34,457 nt of DNA. It comes from Thermoproteota archaeon. GTDB taxonomy: Archaea; Korarchaeota; Korarchaeia; Korarchaeales; Korarchaeaceae. The notes under the pieces were generated by a model. That model saw only the letters and a list, made by a program, of their open reading frames with translations. It was not told the origin of the DNA and made no database searches. Shown in pieces: positions 1 to 8,218 of the stretch. The translations under genes were made by a program, and so were the position numbers. The stretch is taken from the NCBI GenBank assembly GCA_027491395.1, contig JAOZFI010000018.1:1-34457 (forward strand), in the 5' to 3' direction. How positions within the stretch are numbered: the first letter of the stretch is position 1; every line of letters begins with the position of its first letter.

Positions 1-39
1 GGATTGCCAGGCTGGCTGCACGGCTCGCCCTTCTATGGG

Positions 40-468
40 TCAGATCGCCCTCTTATCCCCTAGATTGTCTCCCAGCGACTGGAGAAGTTCTATCAGATCG
101 TCTCCAACACCTACTATGGGCATCCTCCTTCCCCCACGGTCTACAAGTACGTATTTCCTGCCTAGAAAGCGCAGCGCACTCCTCTCCTCGATCACCTCCG
201 AGATGTCCCCTATCCTCATGGACATGTCTCCCCTGATGGTGCTCACCACCACCTCATCGCCAGCCACGTACACCCTGTAGAGCCGGGATTCTGCGAAGCC
301 GAAGGCGACGCCGGTGAGTCCGAACACTGCCACGTAGGGGATCTGAAAATAGAAGCCCGCAAGCGTGATCACGAGGCCGAGGATGAGGTCCCTCATCCCG
401 AAGGCCAGCCCATTAACCCTGATCCTCTTCCAGACCATTGGAGCACTCCATCCGTGGTCAAACATCAC
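40..468 (-). CDS. Small hypothetical membrane protein (2 TM helices followed by a soluble, possibly PH-like, beta domain)
   Basis: 142-aa ORF with a hydrophobic hairpin (LILGLVITLAGFYFQIPYVAVFGLTGVAFG); codon usage matches the host. Confidence 0.65.
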   Translation of the reverse strand: MMFDHGWSAPMVWKRIRVNGLAFGMRDLILGLVITLAGFYFQIPYVAVFGLTGVAFGFAESRLYRVYVAGDEVVVSTIRGDMSMRIGDISEVIEERSALRFLGRKYVLVDRGGRRMPIVGVGDDLIELLQSLGDNLGDKRAI

Positions 469-727
469 TTAAAATGTTTCCAGAGTGGACGCGGCTGAGC
501 TAGAGGAGGATGGATCAAGTGCAGTGCCGGAACACCGATACCGTGCACGCGCTCTGATCTCGGTGGGCTTCAGGGCCGGGGGATCAGCGGCCCACATGGG
601 AGTTCTGGTGGGAGGTACTGGCAGGCCCCCTCCATGGAACGGATACCTCGGAGAGCCGATGGGTGGGTCATCCCCCCATCCGTCCCATCCTCGACGCATC
701 AGTCCGTGATACGTGCTTCCAGCGGGT

Positions 728-1234
728 TCAGGGTTCGCGGTGTGAGCAAGACCTCCTCTCCAGTTCTAGGAGCCTTCTCTTCACCTCCACTCCCAGGGGA
801 TAGAAACCCATCAGGGTCCCCTTCTTGGTCAACAGGCGGTGACATGGAATTAGAACCTGGAAGGGGTTCCTCATGAGAGTCTTCAGCATATCAACGTACC
901 TGACCCCGGTCCTCCTGGATAGTTCGCTGTAGGTCGTGGTCTCACCGCACCTCAGCTTGAGGAGCTCCTCGTAAACCTCCCTCATCCTGTACATCACATC
1001 AGGGAGTTCGAAGGACCCTCCCTCGATCAGGACATTCCTGAGGTTGCTCTCGAGCCACTCCTCCAAGTCCGGCGATCTCCTTAACTCACCCGAGAGGGAG
1101 TGATATTTCATTATGCTCCTCAGATGATTCATCGACTTCTCCTCTGAGTAGTGCCAAGAATAGGCTATGACCTTCCCGCCGGAGATGAGGAAGTTCACGA
1201 CCACGGGTTTACCCACAAGCGCTTGGATCGGCAT
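728..1234 (-). CDS. ogt: Methylated-DNA--protein-cysteine S-methyltransferase
   Basis: Active-site NPFQVLIPCHR motif, GETTTYSEL helix-turn-helix and C-terminal K..LL.LE. ATG at 1234 after a G-rich RBS is preferred over TTG at 1312. Confidence 0.92.
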   Translation of the reverse strand: MPIQALVGKPVVVNFLISGGKVIAYSWHYSEEKSMNHLRSIMKYHSLSGELRRSPDLEEWLESNLRNVLIEGGSFELPDVMYRMREVYEELLKLRCGETTTYSELSRRTGVRYVDMLKTLMRNPFQVLIPCHRLLTKKGTLMGFYPLGVEVKRRLLELERRSCSHREP

Positions 1235-1612
1235 CCCCCAACACCCCACATTCGACGGGGACTCGCGCATCTTAGTCCGTCGAATGTACCTCAGGCCCGT
1301 ATAGCGGGGCAACCTTGATTTAAGACGTTCAGAGGATGCGCGCTCTTGATGCCCGATATCTTCACTCGGAGGTCCCGTGGCCGATCTTCAGCCAGCATGA
1401 CCTAGACGCCTCATACATTAACCCAAACTACCCTAGAATCACGCGGGAAAGAGCTGTAAAATCGATAGATCCATAGATTTTCAGGTTTATTGTGCGTAAT
1501 TCGGTCCTCGCGCGGAACGTCGGTGTCCGGAACCGATCCATTGCGGGATCTTCCTGAGGAACAATGATGGGACGAGGCTCGCGCCCGGTGACGACGTGAT
1601 AGCATTCACCCT

Positions 1613-2062
1613 TTAGTGGGTGAGCATGTCCTCACCTAAATCCTCTAAAAACAGCAAATTCACATCGAAGGGCACCCTCTCCATCTCCCTGACGAGCTCC
1701 TTCTCCCTCTTGGCGAACACAGCTGCTGCATCCATGGTTCTGGCCAAAGCTATCACGTAGCAGTCCGCTAAAGAGATGGCCCTGTCGCATTTGAGTTCCC
1801 CTGCCACCTCATCCAAGCCATGGACGATCTCCACGGTCTCGCTATCCTTCAACGCCCTATTCAGCCTCTGTGCCACCTCCCTCCCCCTGAGCCTGCAAGT
1901 CACGTAGTATATCTCAGCCAGGGCGGTGCTGGGAAGGTACACCTCCCTGTCGGAGAAGAGGATGCACTCCTCGACCAGATCAGCCAAGGACTCCCCTAGA
2001 AGGTATGTCAGGACCACGCTGGAATCGATAGCTAGCCTACTCGGTAACTCCGAGCATTTCAA
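1613..2062 (-). CDS. vapC: PIN-domain toxin (VapC family), intact
   Basis: AIDSSVV, ALAEIYY and SLADCYVIA PIN motifs; overlaps the upstream small gene. Confidence 0.88.
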   Translation of the reverse strand: MKCSELPSRLAIDSSVVLTYLLGESLADLVEECILFSDREVYLPSTALAEIYYVTCRLRGREVAQRLNRALKDSETVEIVHGLDEVAGELKCDRAISLADCYVIALARTMDAAAVFAKREKELVREMERVPFDVNLLFLEDLGEDMLTH

Positions 2063-2306
2063 GTCTCCTCTCCTCCTCCCTCCTCAGATCCTCCAGCAGC
2101 CTCCTCACTTCACCCTCCTCCCTAGACAGTATGCCCTTGAAGGATCTCAGCTCCCTCCTCGCAGGGTAAGATCTCTTCCTCTCCCTTAACAGCGTTAGAA
2201 TTGCTTCGTCAAAGCTCACCCTCCTCCCGAGCTTCAGTTGAAGCTCGGACACGAACTTAACGAGCTCCCTTTTTGTCCTCCTGCTCACTTGGATTGTGGT
2301 AGACAT
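2037..2306 (-). CDS. vapB: Antitoxin (VapB-like, RHH N-terminus)
   Basis: TTIQVSRRTK...VSFDEAI pattern, 89 aa, directly upstream of the PIN gene. Confidence 0.82.
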   Translation of the reverse strand: MSTTIQVSRRTKRELVKFVSELQLKLGRRVSFDEAILTLLRERKRSYPARRELRSFKGILSREEGEVRRLLEDLRREEERRLEMLGVTE

Positions 2307-2598
2307 GGTATCTATAGTATCAATAGCAATTACGGTATATATGGCTTAGTGTTTTGTGACGGAGAGCCCTCCATCACTAGATGAGTGATCTCCCCTATAT
2401 CAGCGAGGGGATTGAGCTCCTTTACTCGGTAACATGGAGCAAAAGATCCTGTGGTTAATTGGCCCTTTGCGGAAGGTACTCTGTCTGCTCGGCCCATCCT
2501 TATGATCGCGCGATTCCTGTGCTGAGCGCCCTAGATGCTTGGGACTGCCAAGGCTCTAGGCGATACCCGATTAATGGGATGATGGAACGTTAGTAACA

Positions 2599-2620
2599 CT
2601 TATATTACATATATAATAAG
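2599..2620 (+). promoter_or_regulatory. AT-rich TATA-like, near-palindromic promoter of the 2636 gene
   Basis: CTTATATTACATATATAATAAG ending about 15 nt before the ATG, in a GC-rich background. Confidence 0.5.
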
Positions 2621-2635
2621 TAATACGGTGAAAGC

Positions 2636-3130
2636 ATGTCATCCAAAGGGGAGGAGACCAAGAAGGATGTGACTATAAGGGGCGTTGACGCATTCCTCTA
2701 CAGCAGGGCGGCGGAGATAGCCAAGAGGACCGGGAAGACCATGGGAGAGGTCGTGAACGAGGCGTTAAGGCTCTTCATAGATCTCACAGAGGGACTCAGA
2801 GGCGGACTCGAGCCCGTGGCCGAGGGTCTGAGGGAGGCGGGGAGGAGGGTGGACTACACCCTGTCGGCACTAAACCCCACGATCATATCCGATCTTGGGG
2901 AGCTCGAGGTGACCAAGGAGGACTTGGAACAGCTGGGCAGGAAGGTCGTCTTTCAGAGGGTGAAGAGGCTCTCTTTCGCGGACGACGTGGATGCCGAGAC
3001 CTTCGAGAGGTACGTGGCCCTGATCAGGGAATGCGAGGAAGTTAGGCCTCCCAAGGGGGTCTCCAAGCTTCTAGTGCTGTCCAGATGCAGGAAGGTGGAC
3101 AGGCTGATCCCTCCCGACGGCGGGAAGTGA
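2636..3130 (+). CDS. Ribbon-helix-helix protein with an unknown C-terminal domain
   Basis: DVTIRGVD..LY....E.AKRTGKTMGEVVNEALR is RHH-like; 164 aa. Confidence 0.7.
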   Translation: MSSKGEETKKDVTIRGVDAFLYSRAAEIAKRTGKTMGEVVNEALRLFIDLTEGLRGGLEPVAEGLREAGRRVDYTLSALNPTIISDLGELEVTKEDLEQLGRKVVFQRVKRLSFADDVDAETFERYVALIRECEEVRPPKGVSKLLVLSRCRKVDRLIPPDGGK

Positions 3131-3209
3131 GGGATAACGATGAGCGTAGGAGGGTCCACTCCCGTCAATGGGCGTAGGTTCGAGGGGGCCTAGTTCGATC
3201 GAACGTCTC

Positions 3210-4094
3210 TTAGTCATGGGCCCTCTCCGGTAGGTGCTCACTCTCCCTACCACCTAGGGTGAGGCACCGGAGCACGCACCACCTCTCCTCCCGGGCCCTC
3301 AGTCCTAGACAGATGAGCAGCCCAAGCGGGAAGATCGCGCCCCAGTAGTGGTACTTGACCACCTCCCAATGCGACTCAGCTATCCTCTCCATGGCGTTAC
3401 CGAAGCTGTCCGCATCCCTCACATTCACAAAAGTGCCTCCCGTCATTTCCGCCATCTTCACATACAGGGGCCTGACCGGTATCTTCCTCCCCGTCGGAAT
3501 TCCCTCGAAAGACGGTCCTCCCTCTATTCCCCCTCCGCCTAAGACCTCCTCTATGTATAGAGGGATCATTACGGATATCACATCGATCCTCACCCTCCTG
3601 CCGCTGTGGATCCAGAGGTCCTCAGCCGCCATCAAGGCGTCTCCACCGCAGTACTCGACACCGTCGGTTATGAGCACCACATGGTACTCCCTACCCTCCA
3701 ATGTAACGTTCCGGAGCAGCTTGTCAGCGAACCTCAGGGCTCCTGCTATGGGAGCCTGGTTCTTCGGCTCCACCCTACTGACCGCGCTCATCAGCTCTTC
3801 AGGAGGACTTCCCAGTGGGAGCTCCAGTCTTATGTCGTCACAGTCGTAGAAGACGATAAGGCCGACCCTGTCTTCCCCTCCCAGGGAGCTGGAGAAGCGG
3901 GAGATCGCCAGCTTAGCGGCCTCCATTTTGGATGTATTCGTACTGATGGAGAGCGGATCCTTCATGCTGATGGATGCGTCCAAGATCAGGAGGAAAGAGC
4001 GAGGTGGTTGGAGGTAGCTGACCGTGACGACGATGAACACCCACACCACGAAGAGGATCACCAAGGTCCTCAGCAGACATTCCCTAAGCCCCAT
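3210..4094 (-). CDS. Membrane-anchored von Willebrand factor A (vWA) domain protein
   Basis: N-terminal TM helix, MIDAS DASIS (DxSxS), DRVGLIVF, VVLITDG, MAEMTGGTF, C-terminal TM helix. Confidence 0.9.
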   Translation of the reverse strand: MGLRECLLRTLVILFVVWVFIVVTVSYLQPPRSFLLILDASISMKDPLSISTNTSKMEAAKLAISRFSSSLGGEDRVGLIVFYDCDDIRLELPLGSPPEELMSAVSRVEPKNQAPIAGALRFADKLLRNVTLEGREYHVVLITDGVEYCGGDALMAAEDLWIHSGRRVRIDVISVMIPLYIEEVLGGGGIEGGPSFEGIPTGRKIPVRPLYVKMAEMTGGTFVNVRDADSFGNAMERIAESHWEVVKYHYWGAIFPLGLLICLGLRAREERWCVLRCLTLGGRESEHLPERAHD

Positions 4095-4096
4095 CT

Positions 4097-6290
4097 TTAT
4101 CCCTCCCCGTTGGAACTGAAGGGATGGATGTCGTTCAACTCCAGTCCGGAGATGATCACGGCCATGATCAGCGGCCTATGCGAGGTTTGAATCGAGTAAC
4201 CAACGATCCCCCCTCCCGAGCCTCCTCTCCAGTTCACCCTTGGCCGCCCAGAGGTACATGCAATCACGAGGCCCTCTCATTAGGAGGAGTCCCCACGCCC
4301 TCTCCTCCCCATCGAATCCAGCCATGGAGTTGAGCAGCGTCATGGCGGCCATGTCTTTCAGGTTGTCAGGCGATGGCGCCTGCATGCAGGCCTCCGGATC
4401 GAGCATCGAAAGGCCGATGGTCCCGAAGGGGTCGACCCTCTCGGGATGACTTAACAGCTTCCCCAAAGTTGAGGCGGACAGCCTGAAGGAGGGATCGCCT
4501 CTCCTGTCGGAGCTGATGACGAGATCGAGTGCGATGGTCAGTTCGTCTAGAAAAGCCTCAACCGATTCCTCCATAGTCTCTCCCAGTGAAAGGGCTCTTT
4601 CCACATCTGCTAGAAGCACCACGTTGCTTCTCTTTCCCATCTCCCTAAGGGCGCCGTCTAGGCCCTCGCGCCTCGACGAGGAGAACATCACCAGTGATAT
4701 GAGGGGCACATCCAGAACCCTCACTTCATTGAGGATTGATGCAAGGGACCCCATCAGGCCGGGTCTGACGGCATCGACCAAGAGAAACGCTAGATCAGGA
4801 GGGTGTCCGCACCTCCACACCACATACTCCGCGAGAGACACGATATTTCTCCTGACTTCCCCTGCGGGGCCAGTGGTTGGATCGATTCTCAGCCTGAGCC
4901 TGCTGCCCGGTCTGAACTCCTTCAGCCCTTCCTCGAGCTGGGAGATGTTCCATGCGGAGTTGAGAGCCCTGTCCTCATGAGAGATCGCAATACCGAAGAC
5001 CTCTAGGGGCGACTGGGCCTCTCTCCGTGTTGGGATCCCTTTCCTCACCGAGAGAATGCAGAGGCAGGGTTCCTTCACCTTCCTAATCCTCCTCAGGAGT
5101 AACAGGACTATCAAGGCTCCAGTGACTGGTGAGCCGAGGTTCAAGCCCACTAACGGCTCTAGAGGGGATATTGGAAGTCCCAGAATGGGTGAGAAGCTGG
5201 ATACGAAGCTCAAGGCCGCTTGAACTACTGTGTAGGTCCCGGCAGCGGTGAACAGCGGTGCGGCCAGGTCCCACCTCCTATCCCTAGACAGGTACTCGGA
5301 TATGATGCCCGCGACCAGTCCGGCCAGCAGGGACAGAACGGGTATTGTAATTGCCGGGAGCAGCAGCGAGCTGTACCTCAGCTCGAATATGTAGGAGGTA
5401 AGGGTTGATGCTATGGCGCCTCCCGTGGCCATAGAGACCAAGAGCATCATGATGAGTCTCCTCTTCACCGAGATCCAGCTCTCCAGAATCAGAACCTCGG
5501 GTAACGCCGCCCTGAACTCCCTGAGGAGCCAGATCACTAACCCCGTCAGGGACCCGTAGCTCCCGAGGAGGAGGATTATTATCTCTTCCTCAAGCATCCC
5601 CGTCAAGGAGATGCTGAAAGGGAGCTGCAGGTGGGGAAGCATCAGGTAGAGATAGTCGAGGAGGAATGCAGCTCCCAGACCGGACACGTAAGTGAGATAT
5701 ACTCCGAGAAGGGATCTCACGACCTCGTCAGACGGCTGATCCGTGAAGTCCTTTCCGAAGAACAGGAGAGCGTGGAGGATAGAGGAGGGAACGGAGGAGA
5801 GGAGGAGGAATTTCAGGTATATGGACGGAGTTGATGGATCGAACGCCGCTAGCCTGATCGCTCCCAGAGCTAAGCCGATCATGCCGGCCAGTAGCATGAA
5901 GAGGAGGGGCTCGTACCACCTCGCCACCCTTCCCCTGGGGATCGCTCGCTGATAGACCTCTGCCACCGCCCTTATCTCCTCGTCCTCAGGCTCAACCCTA
6001 AGCTCACCCCTGACCTCTGGGAAGATAAGGCCTCTCTTCTTGGGTATCACCCTCAGCCTGTGGATTCCGGGGGCTAGTTTCTCCACTAGGGTTTCGCTCT
6101 CCCCGAGGAATGTATCGTCGAGCTCGTAGGATGCTCTGAGCCTCTCCCTCCTCCCAGAATCGTCCACGTAGTAGGTCTCTAGGATGAGCTTAGCACCCCT
6201 CTCCAATAAGGACGATCTCTTGACAGTGGATATGAGCCTCTCAGCTAGCCTCACTCCGAGATCTTCGACCCCGATAAGGATCGTCCTCAA
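4097..6290 (-). CDS. Polytopic membrane protein with a split, degenerate CetZ/tubulin-like domain. The ORF as read ends at 4176; a frameshift at 4208-4213 would extend it to 4097
   Basis: N-terminal TILIGVEDLGVRLAERL, about 8 TM helices, then collinear CetZ-like blocks DLAFLLVD, PLISLVMF, NVVLLAD, GETMEE, FGTIGLS, GLLLMRGP, and MAVIISGL in the +1 frame. Confidence 0.72.
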
Positions 6291-6454
6291 TTCTTCTCTG
6301 TCTTATCGAGATCTGGGTGCTAAAAATAGGTGGAAGAGTGAAGATGTAGACCTTCGCATCTGACTTGGTGCCCGGCCAATCCCTGCATGAACGCGGTTCA
6401 CCCCGGCGTGGTGAAATTTTTGTTGGACAGGTCGGGGTTACTTAGAGGGAAAAC

Positions 6455-7906
6455 TTGAGGGTAACCCTGACGCTGGGCAAGGTCTACTTGGAACCTGAAT
6501 TCGTTCCCATCCTCCATAACCGGTCAGGCAGCGATGATGTCAGGAGGGCTGAGTGGGACGAGGAGTACGTGATAAGGGAGGGGGTGAAACTCGCCACCAA
6601 CTGCTCCACATTCCTAGGAAGGGAGCTGAGAGGCTCGGTGCCCACGGTGGAGAACCCTTGCCCGGGTTTCCTAGGGAGGAAGGTGAGAAAGGTACTGAAG
6701 GATGCGATCTGGGAGGAGAGGATCTACTCGTCAGGCCTGAGGTCCATCAGACTGTCTAAGGTGGTCGAGGTCAGCCCCGGACTCTCAAGCGATCTCTATC
6801 GCCTAGCTTCTGAGTGGCCCGATTTGGCCGGGGAGTTCAAGGGAGCCATAAATGACGAACTGAAGAGAAGGGAGATCCCGAACATCAGGGCTTCGAGGTT
6901 CTTCACCGAGGTGTACTTCCCGGCCTCTGTGGAGGATATGCCCTTGGACCTAGTCAAGGAGCTGATCTCTCCTCTGAAGCTGAAGATGAGGAAACCTGAC
7001 GTTCTAGAGCACAGGCTCTACGATACCATCTTCTCCTCGGTAGACGGTGTGCTGGTGATGATGTCCCTCGGCAGGAGCAGGCAGGTGAACAAGAAGGTCA
7101 GGAAGAGGGTCAGGGGCATGCTCAGGATGGGCATAGATCTGGTGCTCGCCCAGAAGGTGTTCTACACCAGCTCATCGCTCTGGTTCCATGGGGAGTGGAG
7201 CCTCATCAACGGCCTCATGATCCTGAATCCCGAGGTGCTCAGGAACGTCACGGGATGGCGGGACGCGACCTTCGGCTCCACGTACTCCCACCTCTTGAGG
7301 AACTTCGACGTGGAGAGGAGATTTAGGAGATACATAGAGGGTTTCTGGCTCCCCACTCTGGACCTGAAGAAGGCGGTGAGGATATCTGTTAACCTCTTCA
7401 AGCTTGGAGCGTCGCAACCCAACGTGGACGACGTGCTTGTCACGCTGGAGGAGAGGGAGTGCGCCATCTTGCAGGCCCTGGCCGCCAAGGAGTTCCTGGA
7501 CGGGAAGTTCATGGGCAGGTCCGATTACGCCAAGAGGGTGGCTGAGGTCCTGTGCCTATACTTCCATCAGGGTAACTCCAGCTCCCTGAGGAACTGCGTC
7601 AGGGGAAGGGGGAGCTTGGCTGAGAAGCTGGAGGCCCGTGAAGAGAGAGAGGGCCTCAGCCTTCCAGAGATCGTGACCCTGCTCTCACCCATCTACAGGG
7701 GGGAGAGGGCGGAGTACGAGGACGACCTGGGGAAGCTCACCAGGCTCAATCTGGTGAGGTCTAGGCGCGTCAGGAGGAGGGGGAAGGGGAGCAGGACCGT
7801 CAGGATATACGAGCTGGTCGCTCTAAGGAGGTCCCTCATGCTGCTCCTCGATCAGGTCAGGAAGGAGATCATGCTCCTTCTAGAGGGCGACTTGGACATA
7901 AGATGA
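6455..7906 (+). CDS. Hypothetical 483-aa protein with a probable C-terminal winged helix
   Basis: Long ORF with host codon usage; C-terminus GLSLPEIVTLL...LGKLTRLNLVRSRRV..RGKGSRTVRIYEL resembles a wHTH. Confidence 0.7.
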   Translation: MRVTLTLGKVYLEPEFVPILHNRSGSDDVRRAEWDEEYVIREGVKLATNCSTFLGRELRGSVPTVENPCPGFLGRKVRKVLKDAIWEERIYSSGLRSIRLSKVVEVSPGLSSDLYRLASEWPDLAGEFKGAINDELKRREIPNIRASRFFTEVYFPASVEDMPLDLVKELISPLKLKMRKPDVLEHRLYDTIFSSVDGVLVMMSLGRSRQVNKKVRKRVRGMLRMGIDLVLAQKVFYTSSSLWFHGEWSLINGLMILNPEVLRNVTGWRDATFGSTYSHLLRNFDVERRFRRYIEGFWLPTLDLKKAVRISVNLFKLGASQPNVDDVLVTLEERECAILQALAAKEFLDGKFMGRSDYAKRVAEVLCLYFHQGNSSSLRNCVRGRGSLAEKLEAREEREGLSLPEIVTLLSPIYRGERAEYEDDLGKLTRLNLVRSRRVRRRGKGSRTVRIYELVALRRSLMLLLDQVRKEIMLLLEGDLDIR

Positions 7907-7952
7907 CTATTGGCAGGCTCGCGAGCGCTGCGCGGGTCCGTCGAACGCATAA

Positions 7953-8024
7953 CTTATATAAGAGGATGCTCGCTCTCTATTGGAGCGATGGGGGGCGGGC
8001 ATTCGTTCGGTCCCCCTCGCTCCA
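7953..8024 (+). ncRNA. TATA box followed by a stable 44-nt GC hairpin (candidate sRNA or 5' leader)
   Basis: CTTATATAAG at 7953-7962; 7981-7988 TGGAGCGA pairs with 8017-8024 TCGCTCCA; G run pairs with C run; CGGGC pairs with GTTCG. Confidence 0.35.
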
Positions 8025-8218
8025 TCTCCTGGTTCTCCTCCCATTTAGGCAATTGCCTCCGAGATCCTTCTCGTCGGACCCCGGGCCTCTCCTCTCCTCC
8101 CTGAGCATCGCTCAAACTGCCACTATACATCGTGTGCGAGTTGGAGGAGAAAGGCTAGACAATTTCTCCTTTCAGTGAGGGGAACGAATAAATTAATCCA
8201 GCGTTCGAAGGACTCTGA

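Noticed and set aside
469-727. SRP or RNase P RNA (also considered for 22600-22940)
   Set aside because: The conserved SRP helix-8 motif and the RNase P CR-I/CR-V motifs are absent on both strands.
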